Positions 40,293-49,704 of a DNA stretch of 52,096 nucleotides are shown in pieces (the stretch's first letter is position 1; each line of letters begins with the position of its first letter). Under the pieces are notes generated by a model. That model had not been told where the DNA came from. It searched no databases and saw only the letters and a list, made by a program, of their open reading frames with translations. The translations under genes and the position numbers were made by a program. The stretch spans positions 5,441 to 57,536 of the forward strand of contig CAZQXS010000005.1 in the NCBI GenBank assembly GCA_964597275.1. Reading direction: 5' to 3'. Source of the DNA: an uncultured Pseudomonadota bacterium. Its GTDB lineage: Bacteria; SAR324; NAC60-12.

Positions 40293-40321
40293 TTCTGCTG
40301 TCAGCCACTTGTGATCGTTCC

Positions 40322-41437
40322 ATGAAATTGCACTACGACCTACCCTTGATCGGAGTTACGTTCTTCCTGATTTGCTGGGGGACGATCATGGTGTACAGCA
40401 CAAGTGCGGTTTATGCCGACTTGCGCTATCAGGACAACAGCTACTTTCTCCAAAAACACCTGTTCCACCTCCTCGTGGGCATCGCGGGGCTGATGCTGGC
40501 CAGTTCGCTCAACTACCGACAATGGCAGCGGCTTTCCCCGTGGCTGATGCTGGGCATGCTCGTCCTGCTCATCCTCGTCCTCATTCCGGAAATCGGAACC
40601 GAGGTGAAGGGAGGACGCCGCTGGATTCGGTTTGCCAACTTTGGGGTCCAGCCTGCCGAGTTGCTCAAGGTGGTCCTCATCATCTACGTCGCGTCCTACC
40701 TTGAGCGCAAGCAGGCGGTGCTGTCTTCCTTCTTCCGGGGGCTGACGCCCAACTTCATTGTCACGAGCATCTACCTTTTCCTCGTCCTGCTGCAACCAGA
40801 TTTTGGCACTGCCGTGCTGATCGCCCTCACGGTCTTGATGATGCTCTACGTTGGCGGCGGACGGCCCTCGCACCTCTTCGGCAGCCTGATCGGGGTGGGA
40901 CTGATCGGAGGGCTGTTGATCGCAACCCATGCCTACCGAGTCCGGAGGATGCTGGCCTTTTTGGACCCGTGGGAAGACCCGCAGAACAGCGGATTCCAGA
41001 TCATCCAGTCCTTCATCGCGCTGGGCACTGGAGGCTGGTTTGGGCGCGGACTTGGGGAAAGCCGCCAGAAGGCGCTTTTCCTCCCGGATGCGCACACCGA
41101 TTTCATCTACGCGATCATCGGCGAGGAGTTGGGGTTCTTCTGGGTGTGCGTGCTCATCACCTTGTTCGCCCTCTTCATTTGGCGGGGGTACTGGATTGCG
41201 TGGCACATTCCGGACACCTTTGGAAAGTACCTCGCCTTTGGAGCAACCACCCTGCTCAGCCTCCAGATCACCCTCAACCTCTCAGTGGTGACCGGGCTGC
41301 TGCCCACCAAGGGACTGCCCCTGCCCTTCATCAGCTACGGAGGCACCTCTCTGGTGACCTCGCTTTTCCTCACGGGCATCCTGCTCAACATCAGCAGCCA
41401 CATCATTGAGAATGCGGCGGCTCCCAAGCCTGCCTGA
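40322..41437 (+). CDS. ftsW: SEDS family peptidoglycan polymerase FtsW
   Basis: MVYSTS, GGRRWI, QPAELLK, QPDFGT, FLDPW.D, LPDAHTDFI...GEELG, PTKG.PLPFISYGGTS. Confidence 0.92.
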   Translation: MKLHYDLPLIGVTFFLICWGTIMVYSTSAVYADLRYQDNSYFLQKHLFHLLVGIAGLMLASSLNYRQWQRLSPWLMLGMLVLLILVLIPEIGTEVKGGRRWIRFANFGVQPAELLKVVLIIYVASYLERKQAVLSSFFRGLTPNFIVTSIYLFLVLLQPDFGTAVLIALTVLMMLYVGGGRPSHLFGSLIGVGLIGGLLIATHAYRVRRMLAFLDPWEDPQNSGFQIIQSFIALGTGGWFGRGLGESRQKALFLPDAHTDFIYAIIGEELGFFWVCVLITLFALFIWRGYWIAWHIPDTFGKYLAFGATTLLSLQITLNLSVVTGLLPTKGLPLPFISYGGTSLVTSLFLTGILLNISSHIIENAAAPKPA

Positions 41438-41438
41438 C

Positions 41439-44417
41439 ATGTTGCGTCCCCTCTTGTTCCAGAAGCTTGGGTGGATGGCCGTCTGGGTGGGCTGCTCGGT
41501 TTTCATCGGCCTGCCGACGTCCTTTGCCACCAACCCTGACCCGAAGCAGGATTATCGGCTGCAAAACTTTCTCGCCACCACCTCCAACCGGGACGACTGG
41601 ACCCGACTCATGCTGGCCATCATCGAAGGCGTGGAGGCCGTGAAGCAGGTGCTGGAGGGCGGGGTGGACATCAACATCCGGGGAGTGGCACCGTTTCAGG
41701 GCATGACGCCGCTGGCCTTTGCGTCCCGGATTGGCTCGTTGGAAACCGTGAGGCTGCTCGTGGAGCGCGGGGGCCGAGTGAACGACAGCGACCAGCAGGG
41801 CTACACTGCGTTGATCCGCGCCGCGCAAGAAGGCGAGTCCGACATCGTCCGGCTCTTGCTGGACTCTGGGGCCGATCCCAGCGCCCGCACCGATCAAAAC
41901 TGGGGGCCGCTCACCTTTGCGGCGTATCATGGGCATCAGAAGGTGATCCAGCGTTTGCTGTCCGCCGGAGTTCAGGTTGACCTCATGGACGATCTGGGGC
42001 TGACTCCCCTGCACCACGCTTCGCGGCGCGGACATGTTCAGGTGGTCGCCCTGCTGTTGGCTTCAGGGGCCAATCCCAACCACCCCTCCGGAAATGGCTC
42101 GACTGCGCTGCACTGGGCCGTCCGTGGCCGACAACTTGGCGTGGTCCGCATGCTGGTTGAGCAGGAGGCGCTGCTGGATGCCCAAGAATCCGAGTTTGGA
42201 CGCACCCCGCTGATCCTTGCGGCGCGAGACGGTCAAGACGACCTGGTTCAAACCCTCCTCAAGGCTGGAGCCGATCCCGTGCTGTCGGATTTTCAAGGCA
42301 CCCCTCCCTTGCTTGCTGCCGTGCAAGGGAAAAACATCCGTGTACTGGGACTGCTGATCAAGAAAGGGATCGGCTTGAACCAAGCCAATCATTACGGTAG
42401 CACCGCACTCACCGAAGCCGCCGCTCTGGGGCTGACCGAGATCGCCCAGTTCCTGCTGAAGCAGGGAGCCAATCCCAACATCGTTGGACGCGAGCAACGG
42501 ACTCCCCTCATGCTCGCCGCCAAAAGCGGAGACCTGTCGCTGGTCAAGCTGCTGCTCCAGCGCCATGCCGACCCGAACCTGAAAGACAAGTACGGAAAAA
42601 CCGCATGGATGTATGCGGCGGACACGGGCAACAGTTCGGTGGCGATGATCCTCAGCACCAGCGGGGTGAACTTGAGCGAATCCCTGATCTACGCCTCCGG
42701 AACGGGGTCGGTGGACATGGTGCGGCTGATTCTGGGGTTCAAGATTTCTCCAGACACCAAGGACACCAAGGGCTGGACGGCCCTGATGTACGCTGCCGAT
42801 CGCGGACACACGGAGGTTGCGCGTTTGTTGTTAAACCGGGGGGCTTACCCCAACCGGACTGGACCCAAGGATTGGACGGCGATCATGCTCGCCGCCGGGC
42901 GTGGGCATGAGGAAACGGTGGATTTGCTGCTGGCCTCCGGAGCCGACCCCATGCAGCAGGATGAAGAACACTGGAGCGCCCTGACGTGGGCCGCCGCGAA
43001 AGGACGGGTCGGGGTGTTGCGCAGGTTGATCGCCAGTGGTGCCAATCCCAACGAACGCATGCCGGACGGCAGCACACCGCTGATGTGGGCGGCAGCCTTC
43101 GGGCATTTGGAAGCGGTGTCCACGCTGCTGGAGCTTGGAGCCAATCCCCGGCTGGAGGACGAACACGGGCGCAGCGCCCTCACGCTGGCCATCCAGCAGG
43201 GTCATGAACCCACAGCAACCGTTCTGATTGAGCAGGGGGCGGACCTGAACCAGAGCCTCCTCCACGCCTCCAGTCGAGGACATGCCCAAGTCGTCCAGTT
43301 CCTCCTGAACCACGGGGCCGAGGTGAATTGGCGGTCGGAACAGGAGCAAACTGCCCTGATTCTTGCCAGTCGTGGCGCACACTGGGAAACGGTGCGGCTC
43401 CTGATCGAAAACCACGCAAACCCCAACCTGATGGACAACCGGGGGCGAACGGCGTTGATGCACGCGGTGCTGGCAGGAAATCCCCGGGTCGTCCGGCTCA
43501 TCCAACATGGACTCCAGCCCACGGAGGGGGCCGCTGACGACAGCGGAAACACCCCGCTCATGCTCGCCGCCTCGCGGGGCTACCTTCCCGTGGTGGAAAC
43601 CCTGCTCAACGAAAACCCCCGCCTCAACGCCACCAACCTCAAGGGGCAGACCGCCCTCATGCTTGCCGCGTCACGGGGGTATCTGGAAATCTGTCGAGCC
43701 TTGCTTTCCGGCGGGGCGGATTTGCACCTCCGGAATCAGCGGGAGCATACCGCGTTGTCCATGGCCGCCATGTACGGTCACGGACGGGTGGTCGAGTTGC
43801 TGCTTCACGAAGGCGCGGAACTGGAGTGGAACGGGGTTGACTTGGATGGAGAGGGCGGCACCCCCCTGATTCTGGCGGCGCGCCACGGGCAGACGGAGGT
43901 GGTGCAGATCCTGCTGGAGCGCGGAGCGAATCCTGTGGCAGTCGAGCTACTGCTCCGGCGCATGGCCATCCACGAGGCGGCGGTGCGTGGGCATTACGAG
44001 ACGGTGGAGCGACTGTTACGCTTCGGGGTGATTGCCGACATTCAGGATTTTCATGGCGACACCCCCCTGCACCTCGCCGCCCGCTCTGGAGCCACAAGCG
44101 TGGTCCAACTCCTTGCCAAGCACGGCCTGTCGGTGAATGCGGTCGAACAGAAGGGGGACACGCCCCTGCACCTTGCGGCCTCCCGGAACCATCCGGAAAC
44201 CGTGTCCGCACTGTTGAAGTTGGGGGCATCGCTGAACACGGCAAACCAAGCCGGGCGCACCGCGTTGATGGAATCAGCTCGGCTTGGCCATGAGGAGGTG
44301 GTGCGTTTGCTCGTGATGGCGGGAGCGGCGGTCGAATTGCAGGATCACGAGGGGCAGTCCGCACGGACGCTTGCCGAGCAAGCCGGACACCCCAAGGTGG
44401 TGGCTCGCCTCAGATGA
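41439..44417 (+). CDS. Exported ankyrin-repeat protein (about 29 repeats)
   Basis: Repeated G.TPL..AA..G...V..LL..GA..N motif over almost the whole length; hydrophobic N-terminal leader; ATG 1 nt after the ftsW stop. Confidence 0.93.
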   Translation: MLRPLLFQKLGWMAVWVGCSVFIGLPTSFATNPDPKQDYRLQNFLATTSNRDDWTRLMLAIIEGVEAVKQVLEGGVDINIRGVAPFQGMTPLAFASRIGSLETVRLLVERGGRVNDSDQQGYTALIRAAQEGESDIVRLLLDSGADPSARTDQNWGPLTFAAYHGHQKVIQRLLSAGVQVDLMDDLGLTPLHHASRRGHVQVVALLLASGANPNHPSGNGSTALHWAVRGRQLGVVRMLVEQEALLDAQESEFGRTPLILAARDGQDDLVQTLLKAGADPVLSDFQGTPPLLAAVQGKNIRVLGLLIKKGIGLNQANHYGSTALTEAAALGLTEIAQFLLKQGANPNIVGREQRTPLMLAAKSGDLSLVKLLLQRHADPNLKDKYGKTAWMYAADTGNSSVAMILSTSGVNLSESLIYASGTGSVDMVRLILGFKISPDTKDTKGWTALMYAADRGHTEVARLLLNRGAYPNRTGPKDWTAIMLAAGRGHEETVDLLLASGADPMQQDEEHWSALTWAAAKGRVGVLRRLIASGANPNERMPDGSTPLMWAAAFGHLEAVSTLLELGANPRLEDEHGRSALTLAIQQGHEPTATVLIEQGADLNQSLLHASSRGHAQVVQFLLNHGAEVNWRSEQEQTALILASRGAHWETVRLLIENHANPNLMDNRGRTALMHAVLAGNPRVVRLIQHGLQPTEGAADDSGNTPLMLAASRGYLPVVETLLNENPRLNATNLKGQTALMLAASRGYLEICRALLSGGADLHLRNQREHTALSMAAMYGHGRVVELLLHEGAELEWNGVDLDGEGGTPLILAARHGQTEVVQILLERGANPVAVELLLRRMAIHEAAVRGHYETVERLLRFGVIADIQDFHGDTPLHLAARSGATSVVQLLAKHGLSVNAVEQKGDTPLHLAASRNHPETVSALLKLGASLNTANQAGRTALMESARLGHEEVVRLLVMAGAAVELQDHEGQSARTLAEQAGHPKVVARLR

Positions 44418-44426
44418 AACCACTGC

Positions 44427-44660
44427 TCACAAGGAACGACGCCACCAGTTCAGAACCAGCAGCTTCTCGCGTTCCTGAAAGGTGGCTTCGTCAATCTTGC
44501 CTTGCTTGAGGCCGTTGCGCAAGTAGTGCAGTTTCGCCAGACACTCCTCCCGGTTCTCGCATTGGCTCCACCCGTTTTCGGTACGGTGGACCAGTTGGTC
44601 GTACTCCTCCTGTGATACCTCGATGGGATGATCAATGGCGTGTGGTGTGAGTTGGATCAT
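44427..44660 (-). CDS. Small hypothetical protein (77 aa)
   Basis: MIQLTPHAIDHPIEV...NWWRRSL fills the gap between convergent/divergent neighbours; protein-like composition. Confidence 0.7.
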   Translation of the reverse strand: MIQLTPHAIDHPIEVSQEEYDQLVHRTENGWSQCENREECLAKLHYLRNGLKQGKIDEATFQEREKLLVLNWWRRSL

Positions 44661-44728
44661 GTCAAACAGGATGCTGGAGTGCGTAGCCAGTATCGTACCG
44701 CGATTCCTGCAAGTCGCAACAACCCTCT

Positions 44729-46393
44729 GTGTCTGAATCCTTGAAAGCCAAACTCCAGAACACATCTCCGTGGTGGTGGGCGGTGCTGGGTGGAGTCCTC
44801 ATCGGGCTGAACGCTCCCGGATGGCACACCCAGCTTGTGGGCTTGGTGGCACACCTGCCTGTCATGCTCATGCTGGAGCAAGCCCGAAAACGCCACAGTT
44901 CCTTGGGGAGGTGCTTGCTACCGTGCCTCCTGCTCTGTTGGGGAACGGGGGTGCTGGGAGCCGTGATTGGCGCACACTGGATCACCAACAGCGCTCACGT
45001 TTTTGGGCACCTGCCGTGGGTGGTCGCGGTGGTGATCACCGGAGTGGGGTACGGCTTGGAGGTTGGGCTGTTGCTCTTCGCGCTGCATGCGGTGCCGATC
45101 CTGCTGTTACGCTCCGGGCGTGTGTGGGATTTGCCCGTGCGGCTGTGCTGGTTTCTCTGGGTGGACACCTGGTACCCTCGGTTGATCCACTGGAATTTTG
45201 GCGGACTCACCTTCACGCAAGTCCCGTTGCTGGAGCAATTCGCAGATTTGATCGGAGCCTCCGGAATGGTGCTCTTCAGCATCGGCCTGAGTCTCTGGCT
45301 GTTGTTGCTGTGGCGTCGAAAAATCGAGGGGCAGGGCATCTCCGGAAAGGCACTTGGCGTCGGCCTCGCCTGCTACTTGGGGCTGCTCAGTCTGGGAGTG
45401 GGCTACGGCGCATGGCGGCAGTCGGCACTTGGTGAAACCTCCTCCGGCGCTCCGCTTCAGGTCGTTTCGGTGCAGCCGAATTTTTCGCTTCAGGAGCTGG
45501 CGTCCAACCCGGAACTGGCGCATTCACAACGTGCCCGCAACATTGGAGCGTTGCTGGCCGATTCATTTCAAGCACTGTCCCAACTGCCCGATCAGTCCGC
45601 AGTGCCGCGCCTGCTGGTCTGGCCGGAATCGGTGTTCCCGGAGGCGTTCTTCAAAAATCCGGAGGCCCAACAGCTCGTTTCACGCTTTGCCCGCGAACAC
45701 GAAACCGCCATTCTGCTCGCCTCCATTGACTGGAGCGGAACCCCCGGAAACTACCGCTTTCATGGCATTTCCGTGCTGGTGGGACCGGACGGCACGGTGC
45801 GGGGGCGCTACAACAAAATCTTCTTGATTCCCTTTGGCGAAACCATTCCGCTCTCCGACTGGTTCCCCGGACTGGCGCAACGGCTCCGGGACCACGTTCG
45901 CAACCTCTCCGAGTTTGAAGCCGGAAGTGAGTTCACAGCCTTCTCGCTTTCCGAGCAGGTGCGCCTGTCCGCCCCGATCTGCTTTGACATCTTTGCGCCG
46001 GACACCATCCGGAACATGACGCGCAACGGCTCGCTGCTGGCGGTCAATCTCAGCAACCTCGCGTGGTTTGGGCAAAGCACCGCCTCGGACAACATGGAAG
46101 CCGTTTTGCGCTGGCGGGCCATCGAGAACCGCACCCCCGTGCTGTTCGCCTCCAACAACGGGAGGAGCGTCCTCATCGGCGCGGATGGCCAGAACCTCAG
46201 TCCTCGGCTGGGCCTCTTTGAGGAAGACGTGATTTCGACAACCATCGGGCTGGAGCCTCGTTTCTCGTTCTACCGGGAGCATCAGGAGTGGGTGAATACC
46301 ACTTGGCTGGTGCTGTTTCTTGGACTACTCTGGATAGGCCACCGTCGGGAAAACCTGCTCGGCGGCTGGCGTTCCCAACCAACTTCGACTTAG
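44729..46393 (+). CDS. lnt: Apolipoprotein N-acyltransferase
   Basis: Multi-TM N-half, VQPN, WPES, YNK..LIPFGE, PICFD (Glu-Lys-Cys triad), AWFG, RAIENR. Confidence 0.88.
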   Translation: MSESLKAKLQNTSPWWWAVLGGVLIGLNAPGWHTQLVGLVAHLPVMLMLEQARKRHSSLGRCLLPCLLLCWGTGVLGAVIGAHWITNSAHVFGHLPWVVAVVITGVGYGLEVGLLLFALHAVPILLLRSGRVWDLPVRLCWFLWVDTWYPRLIHWNFGGLTFTQVPLLEQFADLIGASGMVLFSIGLSLWLLLLWRRKIEGQGISGKALGVGLACYLGLLSLGVGYGAWRQSALGETSSGAPLQVVSVQPNFSLQELASNPELAHSQRARNIGALLADSFQALSQLPDQSAVPRLLVWPESVFPEAFFKNPEAQQLVSRFAREHETAILLASIDWSGTPGNYRFHGISVLVGPDGTVRGRYNKIFLIPFGETIPLSDWFPGLAQRLRDHVRNLSEFEAGSEFTAFSLSEQVRLSAPICFDIFAPDTIRNMTRNGSLLAVNLSNLAWFGQSTASDNMEAVLRWRAIENRTPVLFASNNGRSVLIGADGQNLSPRLGLFEEDVISTTIGLEPRFSFYREHQEWVNTTWLVLFLGLLWIGHRRENLLGGWRSQPTST

Positions 46394-46402
46394 GAGAACC
46401 AA

Positions 46403-47194
46403 ATGGATTTAGGATTCACTGGCAAGGTGGCGATGGTCGCAGCCTCCAGCAAGGGGCTGGGCTTCGGCATTGCCCAGGAACTCGCCCGCGAAGGTGCCTC
46501 GGTCTCGATTGCCAGCCGCACCCAAGCCGACATCGAAAACGCCGCCGCCCAACTGCGTGACGAAACCGGAGCCTCCGTGCTGGCCACGGCGATGGATGCC
46601 ACCAAGCCCGACGACATCCAAAACTGGATTCAGCGCACGCTTGCCGAATTCGGCGGGGTGGACGCACTGGTGGCCAATGCGGGTGGCCCCCCTCCGGGGC
46701 AGTTTGACGACTTCAGCGACGACGACTGGCAAAACGCCTTTGAACTGAACGTGATGAGCGGGGTCCGCATGATCCGGGGCGTGCTGCCCTCGATGCGCGA
46801 ACGCGGCGGCGGCTCGATCCTCACCGTCACGTCCAGTTCGGTCAAGGAACCCATTGACATCCTCATCCTCTCCAACGTGATGCGCTCCGGAACCACCGGA
46901 CTCGTCAAAAGCCTCTCGCTGCAACTCGCGCCCGACAACATCCGCGTCAACAACCTCATGCCCGGACGCATGGACACCGACCGGGTGCGCTCCGCCGATG
47001 CCTTCCAGGCGCAAAAGCTGGGGATCACCCCGGAGCAGATGCGCGAAAAAAGTCAAGCCTCCCTGCCGTGGAAACGCTACGGCACCATCGAGGAATTCGG
47101 CAAGACCGGAGCCTTTCTGCTTTCCGACGCGGCCAGCTACATCACCGGCTCCAGCGTTGCGGTAGATGGCGGCATGATCCGCACCGTCTGGTAA
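46403..47194 (+). CDS. SDR family oxidoreductase
   Basis: AASSKGLG, NAGGPPPG, IRVNNLMPG..DT.R, ASYITG...VDGG; SD AGGAG upstream. Confidence 0.92.
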   Translation: MDLGFTGKVAMVAASSKGLGFGIAQELAREGASVSIASRTQADIENAAAQLRDETGASVLATAMDATKPDDIQNWIQRTLAEFGGVDALVANAGGPPPGQFDDFSDDDWQNAFELNVMSGVRMIRGVLPSMRERGGGSILTVTSSSVKEPIDILILSNVMRSGTTGLVKSLSLQLAPDNIRVNNLMPGRMDTDRVRSADAFQAQKLGITPEQMREKSQASLPWKRYGTIEEFGKTGAFLLSDAASYITGSSVAVDGGMIRTVW

Positions 47195-47385
47195 GCTCAG
47201 GAGCCGGTGGAGGCTGCCGATTTTCTTCGTCAAGTTTTTCGCAGTTCTGCCGATAACGTACACAGGAAGCGCACAGCCCCCGGAAGTCCGGGGGTGGTGG
47301 CGTTGTGCATCCACTTGAATGCTTGTCCAGATTGGCCAATCGGTGTTGGCGAATTTCGGACTGAACCTGTGAACGAAGGGTCATC

Positions 47386-48126
47386 ATGCCCCCAGTCAAC
47401 TACCTGTCGATCTACCTGATCAGCGTGGTCGGGTCGTTTTCCGCCACGGTCGCGGGCGTGGTCTATTGCTACAACGGCATGTCTGCGGCGAGCTACCTGA
47501 CGTACAAGGGCATGCAGACCACGACCTACTTCTTCGACAAGACGCGCTACGATCTCTACTTCAACGGGCTGGTGTACTGCTCGGCCTTTGCGATTGCCCT
47601 GTTGATGCTGATTCTGGTGATCATGATCCCCAGTCAGGACCAGATTCAGCGGCGCATGGTGGCCACTCCGTTTGCCGGAGGGGCACCCATGGCGGGCGCA
47701 CCGCCGGTTCAGGCCGCGCCTGCGGCAGCGGACGCTCCGGAAATTGAGCTTGCGCCAGACCTGAGCCTGATGGATGAGGACGAAGATGACGACGACTTTG
47801 AGGACGGCATCCAGATGACGGAAACCGACGATTCCGATGTCATCTACGGAACCGGAAGGATCACGGATGCTGCCCACAGCAAGTTCATCATGGAAAGCAC
47901 CGACAGCGCGATCAAGTTCCTCATGCGCAAAGAGCTGGATGGCCGTCCGCTCAAGGCCGATCAGGAGGAAATCTACGAAGGCTGGCAGAAGCGCGGACTC
48001 TCCAGAGGCCGAGTGCGCAAGCACATCTTCAAGATCATGGGCTGGGACAGCATCCCGGACATCCCGATCCACGAAATCGTCAGCCAAGTCAAGAGCAAGG
48101 CCTATGAAGCCACCCACACTGAATAA
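47386..48126 (+). CDS. Hypothetical membrane protein (two TM segments, Ala/Pro and acidic linker, soluble C-domain)
   Basis: 246 aa ORF with host-like codon usage, ending 2 nt before the MoxR gene. Confidence 0.75.
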   Translation: MPPVNYLSIYLISVVGSFSATVAGVVYCYNGMSAASYLTYKGMQTTTYFFDKTRYDLYFNGLVYCSAFAIALLMLILVIMIPSQDQIQRRMVATPFAGGAPMAGAPPVQAAPAAADAPEIELAPDLSLMDEDEDDDDFEDGIQMTETDDSDVIYGTGRITDAAHSKFIMESTDSAIKFLMRKELDGRPLKADQEEIYEGWQKRGLSRGRVRKHIFKIMGWDSIPDIPIHEIVSQVKSKAYEATHTE

Positions 48127-48128
48127 GC

Positions 48129-49043
48129 ATGTCCGCTAACGAATTTTTCACGGGAACCCCAACCTACCTCTGCGACCCCAAACTCGCAGAGGCCTTCCAC
48201 ATCGCCCGCCTGCTGGAAAAGCCCCTGCTGCTGGAAGGCGAACCCGGCACGGGCAAAACCAAGCTCGCCCAGGAATTTGCAACCCATCTGGACCACTCGA
48301 TTTTCGAGGTGCCGATCACGTCCGAGAGCAAGGTCTCCCAGCTTGTTTCTCGCTTTGACGAAGTGCAGCGGCTGATGGATGCGCAGGCGGCCATTGCCAA
48401 TGCGCAGATGAAGCAGGCCGGGATTGACCAGCACATTGACACCGGAAGTCGGCGTGTGGATCAGTTGGAGGACTACGTTCATCTTGGCCCACTCGCCCAA
48501 GCATTCTCCACTCCGGGGTCCATCCTGCTGCTCGACGAAATTGACAAGGCGCCAAGGGAACTGCCCAACAACCTGCTCTTTCTGCTCTCGGAGCGGCGCA
48601 TCGTGGTTCCGGAAACCCAGCAGGTGATCGCGTGCGAACCGGGGCAGATGCCCACCATTGTCATCACCTCCAATCACGAACAGGACTTGCCTGCGCCCTT
48701 CATCCGGCGCTGCATCTACATGTACATCGAGTTCCCCTCGCCGGAGCGGATGCGCGAGATCGTGCGGATGCACCATCCGGGGGCGGAGGAAACGATGGTG
48801 CAGGCCGCGATTGAGATTTTCTATCAGCTCCGAGATCTGGACCTCACCCGCAAACCCTCCACCGGCGAAATTCTCGACTGGATCGCCTACCTTATCCGGG
48901 CGGGAGTGACCGACCTTGACACCATCCGGCGGCTGCAAGGCGCACAAACACTCGTCAAACACCGCGAGGACCGCGAGCTACTCCGGCTCATCCAAGAGCG
49001 GGGCATCGAAGAAGCTCAGGGACGCCGGAAGCATTCCTGGTGA
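48129..49043 (+). CDS. MoxR family AAA+ ATPase
   Basis: PLLLEGEPGTGKT, LLLDEIDKA, ITSN.E..LP.PF.RRC, KPSTGE.LDW. Confidence 0.9.
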   Translation: MSANEFFTGTPTYLCDPKLAEAFHIARLLEKPLLLEGEPGTGKTKLAQEFATHLDHSIFEVPITSESKVSQLVSRFDEVQRLMDAQAAIANAQMKQAGIDQHIDTGSRRVDQLEDYVHLGPLAQAFSTPGSILLLDEIDKAPRELPNNLLFLLSERRIVVPETQQVIACEPGQMPTIVITSNHEQDLPAPFIRRCIYMYIEFPSPERMREIVRMHHPGAEETMVQAAIEIFYQLRDLDLTRKPSTGEILDWIAYLIRAGVTDLDTIRRLQGAQTLVKHREDRELLRLIQERGIEEAQGRRKHSW

Positions 49044-49056
49044 TTTTTTTCCGGAC

Positions 49057-49704
49057 ATGACTCTGCTCCTGCTTCTGCTGGCGGCGTTTCTGCTGGGCAG
49101 CATTCCCTTTGGACTCATCGTTGGCAAGCTGTTGCTGGGTGTGGATGTCCGGCAGTCGGGAAGCGGAAACATCGGCATGACCAACGTCATGCGCGTGGGC
49201 GGCAAGCTTCCGGGCGTACTGACCTTCCTGCTCGACTTCGGGAAAGGCGGTCTGGCGGTCTGGCTGGCGCAACTTTGGTTGTCGGGCGAGATGGAGGCTC
49301 CGGTGTGGCAGGTCAGCCTGATTGCCGTCGTCACGGTCTGCGGGCATGTGTTCTCGGTGTTCTTGCGCTTCAAGGGCGGCAAGGGCATTTCCACCCTGTT
49401 CGGAACGCTGGCGGTGCTGAACCTGTCCGTTGGGCTGGGAGCAGCAGCGGTTTGGCTGGGTCTCTTTGCCGCCAAGCGCATCTCCAGTTTATCGGCCATC
49501 ACGATGCTGGCAACGCTCCCTGTTTGGTTCCTGCTGATCCCTTGGTTTCAGGGAAATCCGGTGCTTTGGTCGCAGTTCGGAATGTTTTGTGCGCTTGATG
49601 TGTTGCTTCTTTACAAACATCGTGACAACATAGCCCGATTGCACACAGGGCAGGAAACCGAGCTGAAAGCTCCCAACTCCACACCATCAGAGTCTTCGAC
49701 ATGA
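49057..49704 (+). CDS. plsY: Glycerol-3-phosphate acyltransferase PlsY
   Basis: LLGSIPFG, DVRQSGSGNIG.TNV.R, D.GKG, GH.FSVFL.FKGGKG, KHRDNI.RL..G.E. Confidence 0.95.
   Translation: MTLLLLLLAAFLLGSIPFGLIVGKLLLGVDVRQSGSGNIGMTNVMRVGGKLPGVLTFLLDFGKGGLAVWLAQLWLSGEMEAPVWQVSLIAVVTVCGHVFSVFLRFKGGKGISTLFGTLAVLNLSVGLGAAAVWLGLFAAKRISSLSAITMLATLPVWFLLIPWFQGNPVLWSQFGMFCALDVLLLYKHRDNIARLHTGQETELKAPNSTPSESST

Noticed and set aside
45970-46075. Lnt variants ICFD and SNLAWF
   Set aside because: The catalytic Glu-Lys-Cys triad is intact; the substitutions are modest.
46860-46890. SDR lacking YxxxK (reads SNVMR)
   Set aside because: This is typical of a known atypical SDR subgroup with the NAGGPP motif.
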